Part shown: positions 31,987 through 42,218 of the stretch, one piece after another | How positions within the stretch are numbered: the stretch's first letter is position 1 | How the letters are laid out: the number at the start of each line of letters is the position of its first letter | Assembly (NCBI GenBank): GCA_965223665.1 | Contig: OZ245011.1 | Span: 928,001-992,000, forward strand | Origin: Nitrospinaceae bacterium | GTDB lineage: Bacteria; Nitrospinota; Nitrospinia; Nitrospinales; Nitrospinaceae | Direction: 5' to 3' | DNA length: 64,000 nucleotides | Notes under the pieces: generated by a model | Told to the model about the DNA's origin: nothing | Database searches by the model: none | Seen by the model: the letters and a program-made list of their open reading frames with translations, nothing else | Translations under genes and position numbers: made by a program

Positions 31987-32718
31987 TTGGCAAGATTTTC
32001 CTTAAACTTCGTGATTTTAAAAATGTTTAGAATATTTTTCGTTACATTTTTCTTATTATGCTTGGTCGGAAGTCCCGTCAGCGCTGGAAATTTAAAAGGG
32101 AAAATAAATTTCAGTGGCAACGTTCCCCCTATTCCTATGCATAAAACAGGTAAATTCAGTAAAGCATGTGGGCCAGAAATAGCTGGAGAGGAGCTTCTTG
32201 TTGAAAACAAAGGAGTTAAAAATACAGTTCTGTGGTTAACAGGACGGAAGGCCAAAAAAGTTAAGGCTGATCCAAAGGAATATGTTTTGGATCAAAGTAA
32301 ATGTCAATATCATCCGCATGTTACCGTTATGGTTAAGGAATCCGAATTATTAATTCGGACAAGTGATCCTATAAATCATAATATACATACTTATTCTTTT
32401 GACAATGATCCAATAAATATTATGTTTGTGCCTGGACAGGAACATAGTCAAGAGTTTGAAGAAGCCGAAGTGGTAAAAGTAGAGTGCGATTTGCATTCAT
32501 GGATGCATGCCTGGATTGTAGTTACCCCGAATCCACTTAATGCTTTGACCGATAAAGAAGGAAATTATGAAATAAATAATATTCCGCCCGGAAAATATAC
32601 TTTAAATATTTGGCACGAGGCTTTCGGAGAAGCTAGTCAAAAAATAGAAATAAACGATGGGGATACTGAGTTTAATTTTGACCTTATTTCTATCAATCCC
32701 CAAGTTTCCAAAAAATAA
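31987..32718 (+). CDS. Secreted cupredoxin-like plus carboxypeptidase-regulatory-like protein
   Basis: Probable start ATG 32023; signal peptide VSA; HNIHTY and ECDLHSWM type-1 Cu-like ligand set; IPPGKYTLNIWHE. Confidence 0.75.
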   Translation: MARFSLNFVILKMFRIFFVTFFLLCLVGSPVSAGNLKGKINFSGNVPPIPMHKTGKFSKACGPEIAGEELLVENKGVKNTVLWLTGRKAKKVKADPKEYVLDQSKCQYHPHVTVMVKESELLIRTSDPINHNIHTYSFDNDPINIMFVPGQEHSQEFEEAEVVKVECDLHSWMHAWIVVTPNPLNALTDKEGNYEINNIPPGKYTLNIWHEAFGEASQKIEINDGDTEFNFDLISINPQVSKK

Positions 32719-32768
32719 AATCACGCTTCAAAATAGCGTTCAAACCTGAAATTGGGAGCTACATTTTC

Positions 32769-33605
32769 ATGAAAAAGTCGATTCATTTATTAATCACTCT
32801 ACTTTCTGTACTTGCGTTTAATTTGTTTCAGGAGACAGAGGCTTACCAGGAAGTCGAAGTAAAAAATGGTGGAACTCTTCAAGGTAAAGCAAGTATGTCC
32901 GGACAAACGCCCCAACCCAGGGTTTATCATTTAGTGCTATTTCCAAATTTAGACCTCTGTGCAGAAGTGGATACCGATGATGAAATGAACCGAGTTTTAT
33001 TTGATTTTATTTCAGATGATAAAAAAGGTTTAAAAGATGTAGTCATTGCTCTTGAACATGTCGATGCGGGAAAACCTTTTAATAAAAAACCCATTAATAT
33101 TCTTTCAGAAAACTGCAAGTTTTATCCGGATGTAAATATTGTTAGACAAGGGGAATCGTTTTTTGTCGATAATCAAGATGCAGTAATGCACAACAGTCAG
33201 GTATATCAAGCAGAACGCGGAAAGATTATTTTAAACATCCCTATCCCAGCTGAAGAAGTTTCTGATGGGAAAGTAACTTTCCAAAAAGATTATAAAATTT
33301 TTCAAATGATTTGTGGAATGCATGAGTTTATGCAAACCTGGGGATATAGAGTGCAAAACCCTTATTATTTCAAAACGGGAGTCGATGGCAATTTTAAAAT
33401 TGACAATATTCCTCCAGGAGAATACCAAGTAACTGCCTGGCATTATTTAATGAAGCCACAAAAGAAAAAAATAAAAATAGAACCAAACTCTGTTATAAAT
33501 TTAGAATTTAGCTTTAATGGCGATAAGGTAATTCGACCTCTTTATGAAACTATTAAATCGGGTCGAATTAAAAAAGATGCTAGAGTTCCAGGTGGCATTC
33601 ACTAA
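32769..33605 (+). CDS. Secreted cupredoxin-like plus carboxypeptidase-regulatory-like protein
   Basis: Signal peptide; GGTLQGK; MHNSQVY; ICGMHEFM; NPYYF..IPPGEYQVTAWHY. Confidence 0.75.
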   Translation: MKKSIHLLITLLSVLAFNLFQETEAYQEVEVKNGGTLQGKASMSGQTPQPRVYHLVLFPNLDLCAEVDTDDEMNRVLFDFISDDKKGLKDVVIALEHVDAGKPFNKKPINILSENCKFYPDVNIVRQGESFFVDNQDAVMHNSQVYQAERGKIILNIPIPAEEVSDGKVTFQKDYKIFQMICGMHEFMQTWGYRVQNPYYFKTGVDGNFKIDNIPPGEYQVTAWHYLMKPQKKKIKIEPNSVINLEFSFNGDKVIRPLYETIKSGRIKKDARVPGGIH

Positions 33606-33641
33606 TTATTCTTTTGAACTAAAGTTTATATCTGAGGAAAG

Positions 33642-35552
33642 TTGAAAACACGTAGTATTTCAAACATCTTTTTTACCCTTGTTTGGGCTCTAGTTTTCTA
33701 TTCTTCTGCCTTTGGGTTTCAATCCCCAGGGCCAAATGATCTTCCAGATTCTATTACTTTTCGAAACGAAAAAATCTCCCTTCTAAACCTTAAAAATCCT
33801 CTGAAAGAAAATTCTGCCGACTATTCAAAAAATGTTAAAGAGGGTGGAGAGATATATTTCAAAAACTGTTTTCTTTGTCATGGGGATTTATTGGATGGCA
33901 ATGGCTTATACGGGAAAAGTTTTACTCCTCGACCTGCTGACTTAAGAAAGTTGTGGACTGATCCCCCTAAAAAAGAAAATTATACTTTTTGGCGAATTGT
34001 TAAAGGTGGAAAGGGTTTACCCAACAATTTTGCTCCCTGGAATTCAGCCATGCCCGCTTGGGAAAATGTATTAACGATTGAAGAAATTTGGAAAGTTATT
34101 TTATTTATTTATGAAACAATACAAAATCCCCAAGTTAAAAATCCTCCCAATGAACCTTCCTTAGACAGGGGGAAGGAAGTTTTTCAAACCAAATGCGCTT
34201 ATTGCCATGGAAAGGATGGTAAAGGAAATGGTGTCTCTGCCCCGTTTTCCAGTCCCCGTCCTAGAAATCTTACAAAGGGTCATATCAAATTTCGCACTAC
34301 CCATTTCGGCAAAATTCCAACAGATGAAGATCTTTATAAGGCTTTAACCAGGGGTCTAAATGCCACAACGATGCCCTCTTGGAAACATTTGGGAGATATT
34401 GATATAAAAAGCCTTATCCTGTATTTAAAATCCATTTCTAAAAAATTCCAAAAATTTGTTGACCGTAAAAAGACACATAAAATTGTTTCAATCCCTACTC
34501 CCCCACCATTTGATTTGGAAAGCACCCAAAGAGGCCGAGAATTATTTATAAAAAATTGTTCCGGTTGTCATGGTTTTAAGGGAAGAAGCGATGGCGAATC
34601 TACTAAGAAAATTGTCAATATTGCCTCAGATGCAATTCGTCCAAGAAACCTGACAAAGTCCTGGACTTTTCGTAGAGGACACTCGAGAAAAGATCTTTTT
34701 CTAACTATCCGTACGGGTTTGTCTACTACCGCTATGCCTCGATTTTCAGATAGAGTCCATTCAGATCAAATGATTTGGGATATTGTTAACTATATATCTA
34801 CGTTATCACCCGCAAAGGAACCCAAAACTCGGGAAGAAATCAAGGCAGTAAAATTAGACAAAGACCTTCCTTTAAACCCTGAAGATCCTCAATGGAAATC
34901 GATTTCAGGGAATTATATTCCCCTGGGTGGTCAAATTATTGATTCAGACAAAGCATACTATACAACTGTTGATAGTTTAAGGGTTCAGGCTATATATAAC
35001 GATACTGAAATTGCAATTAAACTAATTTGGGACGATCCAACCTTTGATCCAATACTTAAAAAGACTTCCAAGGTGGTTGAGTCTCCTGCCCCACCCTTAC
35101 CGGAACATTTGCAAGTTGATTCTGATGAAGCACCGCCAGAAGAAGAACCACAACCCCAAGAGATCCCGGATGCCCTATCCTTACAATTCCCTATTTCTAA
35201 CCAAGAAGGAACAAATCTGCCTTATTTTTTGAATGGAGATGAAATTAATCCTGTGACTTTGTGGAAATGGACTTCACAATCATCAGAAGCTCAAAAATTA
35301 ATCGGTAAAGGACTGAACCAGATATCTGATTTATCTTCGAACAGTCAAAAGGTTCAAACTCAAGTGACTTTTCAATATGGGCAATACCAATTAGTAATGA
35401 AAAGAAGTCTTGTTACAGAGACTCCACAAGATGAAACTCAGTTTGGACAAGGAAAATCAATACCGATTGCTTTTAATATCTGGGATGGTAACGAAGGAGA
35501 ATCTGGAACCAAAAAATCCATTTCGAGTTGGTATCTTTTAGTTTTAGAATAA
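33642..35552 (+). CDS. Triheme cytochrome c fused to an ethylbenzene-dehydrogenase-gamma-like (EB_dh/DOMON) domain
   Basis: Signal peptide; CFLCH, CAYCH, CSGCH each followed by a distal MP motif; C-terminal WDDPT, DALSLQFP, PYFLNGD..PVTLWKW, IAFNIWDG..KKSISSW. Confidence 0.8.
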   Translation: MKTRSISNIFFTLVWALVFYSSAFGFQSPGPNDLPDSITFRNEKISLLNLKNPLKENSADYSKNVKEGGEIYFKNCFLCHGDLLDGNGLYGKSFTPRPADLRKLWTDPPKKENYTFWRIVKGGKGLPNNFAPWNSAMPAWENVLTIEEIWKVILFIYETIQNPQVKNPPNEPSLDRGKEVFQTKCAYCHGKDGKGNGVSAPFSSPRPRNLTKGHIKFRTTHFGKIPTDEDLYKALTRGLNATTMPSWKHLGDIDIKSLILYLKSISKKFQKFVDRKKTHKIVSIPTPPPFDLESTQRGRELFIKNCSGCHGFKGRSDGESTKKIVNIASDAIRPRNLTKSWTFRRGHSRKDLFLTIRTGLSTTAMPRFSDRVHSDQMIWDIVNYISTLSPAKEPKTREEIKAVKLDKDLPLNPEDPQWKSISGNYIPLGGQIIDSDKAYYTTVDSLRVQAIYNDTEIAIKLIWDDPTFDPILKKTSKVVESPAPPLPEHLQVDSDEAPPEEEPQPQEIPDALSLQFPISNQEGTNLPYFLNGDEINPVTLWKWTSQSSEAQKLIGKGLNQISDLSSNSQKVQTQVTFQYGQYQLVMKRSLVTETPQDETQFGQGKSIPIAFNIWDGNEGESGTKKSISSWYLLVLE

Positions 35553-36827
35553 TTAATGCTTTTCTTTTTTAGAAACCGTCACCACACCTGAGAGCTCAGG
35601 GACTTTTAGGGTTGAAAGAAATGCAAGAATATTTTGTATCTCATTGTTACTTAAAATATCCTTAAAATTACCGGGCATGATTGATATTTTTTGAGTCTTA
35701 AATTTTTTTATTTCTGACTTAGGTATACTCAGTTTATTTCCTTCTTTATTTATGATATGGAGTGAAGTATCATCTTCATTTACTTTAATCCCGGTTAAAA
35801 ACTTTCCTTTTTTGGTCAATATCAAAACCGCTTTATAGCCTGCTGTTATTACAGCCTTGGGATTCAAAATTGACTCTAACAAAAACTCTTTTGTTCGAGT
35901 AGTGCCTACAAAACTTAAATCCGGTCCTACCTTACCACCTTCATTTCCAACTTTATGACACTTTGCACAATAAGCATTTCCCTCAGAGTCATAAAACAAC
36001 TTTTTTCCTTCTACCGGATCTCCGTCTTTATCGAAATAAGCTTCCCATTCATCTGGAAAAGATTCAGACTCCAATGAAGCTAAATAAGCAGTAACTGCCC
36101 GATCTTCTACTTCATTTAATCCAATAGTGGGCATTTTAGTATTTGGTTTAATAAATTGAGGATTCCGAATCCATGTGAATAGCCATTCCGGACTATAAAA
36201 AAATCCCGCTCTTGTTAAGTCAGGGCCTACCATTCCCCCTTCATCTTCTACCGAGTGGCAAGCAAAACAACTTTTTTTCTTTCTAAATAGTTTCTCACCT
36301 AATGCAAGTGTCGCATCCTCTTTCCCATATTTGGAATACCACTCCGTAAACTTTTGAATCTCGTCAGAAGTGATCCTGGGAACTCTTGGACGAATTTTGT
36401 TTATTTTTTCAGGTATTATAATAGGGTTGGTAAGGTCTCTAGCCAAAAACCTCACATAAGAGACTAAGGCCCATATTTCCTTTTCGGAAAGAGTATTTCC
36501 AAAAACCGGCATTAAATGAGATTTCTTTACTGCTTTTCCTCCTAAAGAAATAACTCTATATATTTGGGAATTGGTTTTTTTTGAAATGAAATTAAAGTCA
36601 GATAGCTCAGCAGGTTCTTTATCTAAATTATCTGCGTTATAGCCATCAGCATCCCCACTGACCCCATGACAATGTGCGCAATAATGGTTATATAAAGGCT
36701 TTCCTTTTTTAATTAAATCTTTGGGAAATTCTTTAGCGGTAGGAGGCTTATCACCACTTGCCCATACATAATTACAAGGGATGGCAATAAGTAAAATAAA
36801 AAAAGAAGCAAAGAACCTTCTTAACAT
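35553..36827 (-). CDS. Triheme cytochrome c with C-terminal Planctomycete/Verrucomicrobia-type heme domain
   Basis: Signal peptide; CAHCH, CFACH, CAKCH; GPDLSFVG..LLESILNP..SIMP C-terminal domain pattern. Confidence 0.82.
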   Translation of the reverse strand: MLRRFFASFFILLIAIPCNYVWASGDKPPTAKEFPKDLIKKGKPLYNHYCAHCHGVSGDADGYNADNLDKEPAELSDFNFISKKTNSQIYRVISLGGKAVKKSHLMPVFGNTLSEKEIWALVSYVRFLARDLTNPIIIPEKINKIRPRVPRITSDEIQKFTEWYSKYGKEDATLALGEKLFRKKKSCFACHSVEDEGGMVGPDLTRAGFFYSPEWLFTWIRNPQFIKPNTKMPTIGLNEVEDRAVTAYLASLESESFPDEWEAYFDKDGDPVEGKKLFYDSEGNAYCAKCHKVGNEGGKVGPDLSFVGTTRTKEFLLESILNPKAVITAGYKAVLILTKKGKFLTGIKVNEDDTSLHIINKEGNKLSIPKSEIKKFKTQKISIMPGNFKDILSNNEIQNILAFLSTLKVPELSGVVTVSKKEKH

Positions 36828-36926
36828 AATTTTAGAGAAATTTCCTTTCCTCAGGATACTAAATTAAAAACTATGTAAAACTCCTATGATAATAACAAAA
36901 TTTGACAGTCCTTAAAATTATTAAAA

Positions 36927-36962
36927 CAAAAAAAAACAAGGGAACCCCTGGGGGTTCCCTTG
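36927..36962 (-). terminator. Strong intrinsic terminator after multicopper oxidase copy A
   Basis: CAAGGGAACCCC-xx-GGGGTTCCCTTG inverted repeat followed on the minus strand by a T run. Confidence 0.85.
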
Positions 36963-36983
36963 CCAAAAAAAATACCTAATCGT

Positions 36984-39900
36984 TTATCGATTCATCGACA
37001 AGCGATTATCATCCTCACGAGAAGCAGATTTGAGGCCGTCCGGAGTGGCACCACCCAATGGTAAGATCGATCGATCTCCCTGAGGTAATACCTTAAAGTA
37101 ACCCCACTGACCAGCCTGCTGGTAAGGTGTCCGTGCATTCAACCATAAATACGTGCCTGGTACATGATACGTACCACCTGCACCATTCAGCAAGAATGCC
37201 TGGATGTACTCACCTCCGCCAAACTCTTCAACATCAATCATATCAGAACCTTCCTGGTTCAAATGCCGACGCCACTGATGACCATCCAAATTAAACATTT
37301 GGTTCTGCTCATTATGTGCGCCAAACACATTGATCATTACCTTGTCTCCTGCATGCGCTTTAATTGTCGGCGTTGCAGGATCATTATCCGCAGCAACACA
37401 AGGTGTAAACATATTACCTAATTCACATCCTTCGTCTTCACGGTAAGTCCAAGGTTCTAATCGATAATTTACACCTGTCAATCCTGCTACATTCTGCAGG
37501 TAAGGCATAAAAGACGTACCTAGAATATTGTCTTCATCCTGAAAATATAATGCAAAATCACGATAATTATCGATATGTGCATTTTCAGGATAAGACTTAT
37601 CAATAATCACGTCTGCTTTCCAGGAATTCCCAAGACTGATGTCTTTACCTGTCTCAGGATCTCGATATACAGAACCACGTGGACCAATGATAATTCCACC
37701 AAATAAACCATCACGTACGTTCGTGACCAGGTCACCAAAATCCCAGATTAAACCGGCATTGATGTTGTAATCCGGATGTGCGTAGAACGTGTACGTTTTG
37801 GATTTACCCGGTGCTACCGTTTGATCTCCAGGATTATTACCTACATTAATTCCTTGAGAATCTAACGGATTAAACGCCATGTTGTTCACATGCAGTGAAG
37901 TCTTACCTTTCTTCAAGCGATTGGTCAATTTCACTTTCACACAATCACCAATATTCGCTCGAAGGGTTAACGGATGCGGCATAGCTCCATCATCCGCGGC
38001 TTTCTTGACTTCATCCTCAAGTACAAATACTTTTCCTTCAGGATTCGCTAACAACAACTTTCGCTCAAAGTCCACTTCGATAATATCTTCTGCATTCGGA
38101 TTGAACTTCAAGGCTTTGTTGATCGCTACCACACTAAAGTTCTTGGTAGGTGCACCTTTTGGACATACTTCTTTTTTACTTTGCAAAATACCGCGAGAAC
38201 CTTCTAAGGGTTGCAGGTCTTTTTGGGCTTTATCATAAACCCGTAAAATACCCCAGCTACCTTCAGAAAGATGCGATGTTCGACCATCATAGAACAGATA
38301 ATCACCAGCCATCTGCTGATAACCACCTGCAGTCGTGGCCAAGTCATACCGTTCCGCAATGCCGACATGCAAGGCATTTGTTACACGGGAATCCCGATCA
38401 TAACGCTCAGGCCTAAAACCATGACCGGAAAGAGAAAACATATGAGTTTCGTTCATCATTCCGTGTAACAACCTGAACACAATCGTATCACCCAAATACG
38501 CACTAATTAAAGGAGTATCCGGATCACGATGTGCTTTACTGCTGAACAACTGAGACGCATCACCATTGGCTTTCAATCTAGCGGACAAAGAAGCAGCCCG
38601 GAAATTAAATCCGCCTCCAGTAGTATGCGTTCCACCATTCAAATACGGGAAGGCCACTTCTAACATATCCTTCGGCATTTGAAAGGAGATAGACTGACCC
38701 GCAGCAATCGCATTCTCTCGGCTCAAACCGGGAGGATTACCTTTTGTAACCAATTGCGCTGTATGCGGTACTGTGTCATGCATTTGTACAACGATTTCAC
38801 GGAAACTACCGTTTCGTCCATAAGCAATCGGTTCCGTGCCATGAATGTCAGCAACAGGTCCACTTCGAATGGGTTTTCCTGTTTTTGGATCATGGTAGGT
38901 CGATCCCCAGGGCTCAACAATAGTAGAACCAATTCCACCGTGCGGCCAGGTGGTCGCACCAAATGCATGGTCGTGCCAAAATACCAAACCTAAATCAGCA
39001 TCTACCCACCAGCGATAACGAACGTACTCCGTGCTCACAATTTGTCCTGCTTTATGAGCATGAGTCATGCCTTCGGTAAAAGTGATTTTGTATTTACCGT
39101 CTTTCGCCGGATTCTTATTAGGATCCGGTTCCATCTTTCCAATCCAGCGAGCGTCTTTACCATTCGGCACTTCAATACCCACAATGATATCGGTACCCAC
39201 GTGGAAAGGGGTTGCATGATGAGCCATCTCGATTTCAATGGTCTTATCACCCGGTTTCGTGTCTTTCAACAAATGTGCATTCATCGGAACCGGCATACCT
39301 ACATGATGGCCATTTTTTTGCTTCTTATCAAACTGCCTGTAAGAACGCATGGACTGGTCATAAGAAAATCCAGAAATAACCCCATCCGATGCTTGATTGT
39401 CAAACTGGAAGAAATGAGGATGAATGTTCACCTTAGACATTTGGAAATTGGTGAAATCATCATCATTCCATTCGCTGGTTAGTAATAAATCCACACAATC
39501 ATAAACATTTGCACGAATGACAAGTGGTTCAGCTTTCTTCGGATCTGCTTTTACGGCAGCCATTTCCTCATCAATAACGTAAATCAAACCGTATTTATCG
39601 ATGATGGGCGGCGTTCCTTTATATCCACCCTGAAGTTCAATGGGGGTATTTATGAACACCAGATTATATTGCTTTCGTCCCGCTCCTTCTGGGCACAAAC
39701 TCCAGCGGCCCTGCTCACCAGGTTTAGCTGGGGTACTGTTTTCCATACCAGAACTTGATCTTCCACTTCCGGATTCTGTTTTAGTTATCACGGAATTGTC
39801 AGTCAAATAATGGAACGGCTCTAACCAGGGAGCCCCACCATGATGACGCGCAAAGGGAACTCGCTTCCCAAAATGCGGGGTCATGTGTGGCCACGCTAAC

Positions 39901-41909
39901 TTACCATTCGTCGGATGAAACTGAATCGAATGACGTTTTCCAGGATGGGGAGATTTGTACTTCGCCATCGGATAAGTCGCCTCACGTTCTGATAACGCTC
40001 GATTCTTATCCCAGGCATAATCCCATACCGTTCCGTCATAAGCCAATATTTGACCCTTTTCATCATCCGTATGACCAGGCTTGCCTTGCGGTGGCAACAT
40101 CGATCTTACCCAATCCTTGATGTTCACCACTGGAATCTCCTGATCCCACTTGCTGGCTCCACTGTCTACAATTTTGAACTTCTTGCCGTACCAGTTCATC
40201 GTTTTACCCACTAACTTGTCTGAACTGATACCTTTAGGAATGTAGCCTTTTCGATCCGGTAACTCCTGCAACGGACGCATAACATCAGTACTGCCAAATG
40301 GATAGTTTCCATCCTGCAGAGTGTTGTACACACGCCAGTATCCCCACATACCCGCAACATAGTGATGCGCTACGTGACAATGGAACAGGAAGTCCCCTGC
40401 CAATTTCTGACACAATCCGGATCCACACTCTGTTTCCAGATCCAATACTTCAGCCGGACCAATTACTTCCACGTCTACACGGTCCGTAGTCGTTCGAACC
40501 ACAGGATACTTCACAGGACCGTCATAGGCCGCTGTTATTAAATTCTCAATCCCTGGCTCACGTTTCGGTGAACGAGTCCAACGAATTGAACCTCCATGCG
40601 GATGATGCGAATGGAACACTTCACCGCCACCATGAATTAACCGGAATTTTACCGGATCACCCATGTAAGAACGAGGAATGGTTGTGGGAGCATCCGCAAA
40701 CGTATAAGAACTGTAAGATAAAGATTCATCTTCATAGTGAAACATTTTTTCTTGAACTGCCAAATTGTTAATTCCAAAGGGTTCACTACGATAGTTCATC
40801 GCACGTGCTGAAGGACGATACGCATCAGTTTGTGGATCCCGTTGTGGAATCATTTCTCCGTGACGGTTCAAAGGACGAAAAGATTCATCCCCAACTTCAT
40901 GGTAAAATAAAGCAAATTCCCGAAAATCTTTTGCTTGGTCATTTGCGATCATAGCCATCCAGCCATTTTCGAGCGGACCACCGGTCCAAGGATCTAAATA
41001 ATATGATCCTCGTGGTTCAACAATGAAGGCACCAATCAAACCTAATGCAGATGGATCACGACCTGCGTGACTAATAATCAGGTGGGATCCCTCTTGTTCA
41101 TCTACCGGTATAAACCATTCAAAATTCTGGGATTCTCCAGATGGCACAATGGCCCCTTTAGATACCGCAGTATTGGGCAAACCTGAATCGCTAATGATCA
41201 TCGCAGAACCATTAACCTGAAATCCTGCGTCTTCATCCTCTAATTGGTTCGTAAATTTAATTCGAACACAATCCCCTTGATTTGCACGGATAACCATCGG
41301 TTGGATTGCATCCCCCTGCAAACCCGTGGAAACTACGCCAGGATCCAGTTCGTCTTCCCGAGCCGCAGCATTAGCTGCCTCATCTTTACGAACCTGCTCA
41401 ATGTCCTTTGTCAAAACATACATATAACCTGGGAAGTAATCTCCCCATTGGTTCAATGCAATTTCAACATTAATAGCGGAAACATCATAGGACTTGGTAG
41501 GAGCTCCAGCCGGACAATGACCACCTTTGAAAACCTTGTCAGAGGCTTCGGAAGGCCCTAACAAGTATCCCTGCTGTAGCTGATGTGCCGCCCATGAATC
41601 GTGAAATACGCCTCCGGCTGAGGCAGGGCTGGCATGTTCTTTCAACTTTCCTTTCAAGCGGTCCATCAAAGAACGAAAGGTCTTATTCAATCGATCCTGA
41701 TCCCCTTGTTTTCCCTCCATCATCTCTTCGTAGTTGATTTGATTTTCCAACTTCTCCAACCACGCTGGACGATCTACCGCTGAATGCGAGTTATGCATTT
41801 GGTTGGCATAAACCGGGTATGCAACCAAACTCAAAACAAGCAAAACAAAAATGCCGGTAACCAATGGTGTTACCCCATTTTGTTTGCGGCCACTCAATTG
41901 ATAATGCAT
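36984..41909 (-). CDS. Giant multicopper oxidase, six-domain MnxG-like (copy A)
   Basis: Signal peptide; six cupredoxin-like repeats; HSHHPHG, HCHVAHHYVAGM, NIHPH, WHDH copper motifs. Confidence 0.85.
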   Translation of the reverse strand: MHYQLSGRKQNGVTPLVTGIFVLLVLSLVAYPVYANQMHNSHSAVDRPAWLEKLENQINYEEMMEGKQGDQDRLNKTFRSLMDRLKGKLKEHASPASAGGVFHDSWAAHQLQQGYLLGPSEASDKVFKGGHCPAGAPTKSYDVSAINVEIALNQWGDYFPGYMYVLTKDIEQVRKDEAANAAAREDELDPGVVSTGLQGDAIQPMVIRANQGDCVRIKFTNQLEDEDAGFQVNGSAMIISDSGLPNTAVSKGAIVPSGESQNFEWFIPVDEQEGSHLIISHAGRDPSALGLIGAFIVEPRGSYYLDPWTGGPLENGWMAMIANDQAKDFREFALFYHEVGDESFRPLNRHGEMIPQRDPQTDAYRPSARAMNYRSEPFGINNLAVQEKMFHYEDESLSYSSYTFADAPTTIPRSYMGDPVKFRLIHGGGEVFHSHHPHGGSIRWTRSPKREPGIENLITAAYDGPVKYPVVRTTTDRVDVEVIGPAEVLDLETECGSGLCQKLAGDFLFHCHVAHHYVAGMWGYWRVYNTLQDGNYPFGSTDVMRPLQELPDRKGYIPKGISSDKLVGKTMNWYGKKFKIVDSGASKWDQEIPVVNIKDWVRSMLPPQGKPGHTDDEKGQILAYDGTVWDYAWDKNRALSEREATYPMAKYKSPHPGKRHSIQFHPTNGKLAWPHMTPHFGKRVPFARHHGGAPWLEPFHYLTDNSVITKTESGSGRSSSGMENSTPAKPGEQGRWSLCPEGAGRKQYNLVFINTPIELQGGYKGTPPIIDKYGLIYVIDEEMAAVKADPKKAEPLVIRANVYDCVDLLLTSEWNDDDFTNFQMSKVNIHPHFFQFDNQASDGVISGFSYDQSMRSYRQFDKKQKNGHHVGMPVPMNAHLLKDTKPGDKTIEIEMAHHATPFHVGTDIIVGIEVPNGKDARWIGKMEPDPNKNPAKDGKYKITFTEGMTHAHKAGQIVSTEYVRYRWWVDADLGLVFWHDHAFGATTWPHGGIGSTIVEPWGSTYHDPKTGKPIRSGPVADIHGTEPIAYGRNGSFREIVVQMHDTVPHTAQLVTKGNPPGLSRENAIAAGQSISFQMPKDMLEVAFPYLNGGTHTTGGGFNFRAASLSARLKANGDASQLFSSKAHRDPDTPLISAYLGDTIVFRLLHGMMNETHMFSLSGHGFRPERYDRDSRVTNALHVGIAERYDLATTAGGYQQMAGDYLFYDGRTSHLSEGSWGILRVYDKAQKDLQPLEGSRGILQSKKEVCPKGAPTKNFSVVAINKALKFNPNAEDIIEVDFERKLLLANPEGKVFVLEDEVKKAADDGAMPHPLTLRANIGDCVKVKLTNRLKKGKTSLHVNNMAFNPLDSQGINVGNNPGDQTVAPGKSKTYTFYAHPDYNINAGLIWDFGDLVTNVRDGLFGGIIIGPRGSVYRDPETGKDISLGNSWKADVIIDKSYPENAHIDNYRDFALYFQDEDNILGTSFMPYLQNVAGLTGVNYRLEPWTYREDEGCELGNMFTPCVAADNDPATPTIKAHAGDKVMINVFGAHNEQNQMFNLDGHQWRRHLNQEGSDMIDVEEFGGGEYIQAFLLNGAGGTYHVPGTYLWLNARTPYQQAGQWGYFKVLPQGDRSILPLGGATPDGLKSASREDDNRLSMNR
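36991..41775. repeat. 4785-bp direct repeat, copy 1 (partner 44597-49381)
   Basis: Offset of 7606 bp holds at both ends and at internal checkpoints; covers only the mature MCO coding region. Confidence 0.9.
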
Positions 41910-42074
41910 AAGCTTTCCTCCTGTTTGAACTGTTGTGGCATTAAATTTTGAGATAGCCCCTAGGCCTTAAAATAAAGTTATGCTCATAAAACCAATAACT
42001 TAGATAAAGTCCTATAAGCATTCCCACATTAGGTTTCCAAAAGTACGGAAAAAATGGGAATTACGTTTAAAAAA

Positions 42075-42102
42075 TAAGACCTCAAATATCTGATTTTATT
42101 CC
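42075..42102 (-). promoter_or_regulatory. Putative ECF sigma promoter GGAAT-N17-GTCTTA for MCO copy A
   Basis: Minus strand GGGAATAAAATCAGATATTTGAGGTCTTA between the ECF gene and MCO A; resembles general ECF -35 GGAA(C/T) and -10 GTC elements. Confidence 0.55.
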
Positions 42103-42218
42103 CTAAATATTTAATATTTTTGATTAGAATATCTGGGGAAAAAGAGGTAGAAAAAATTTAATTCTAATTAAAAAAAAGAAGTGAATTTGGAGGGGCATTA
42201 CTAAATAAAAACAGGAAC

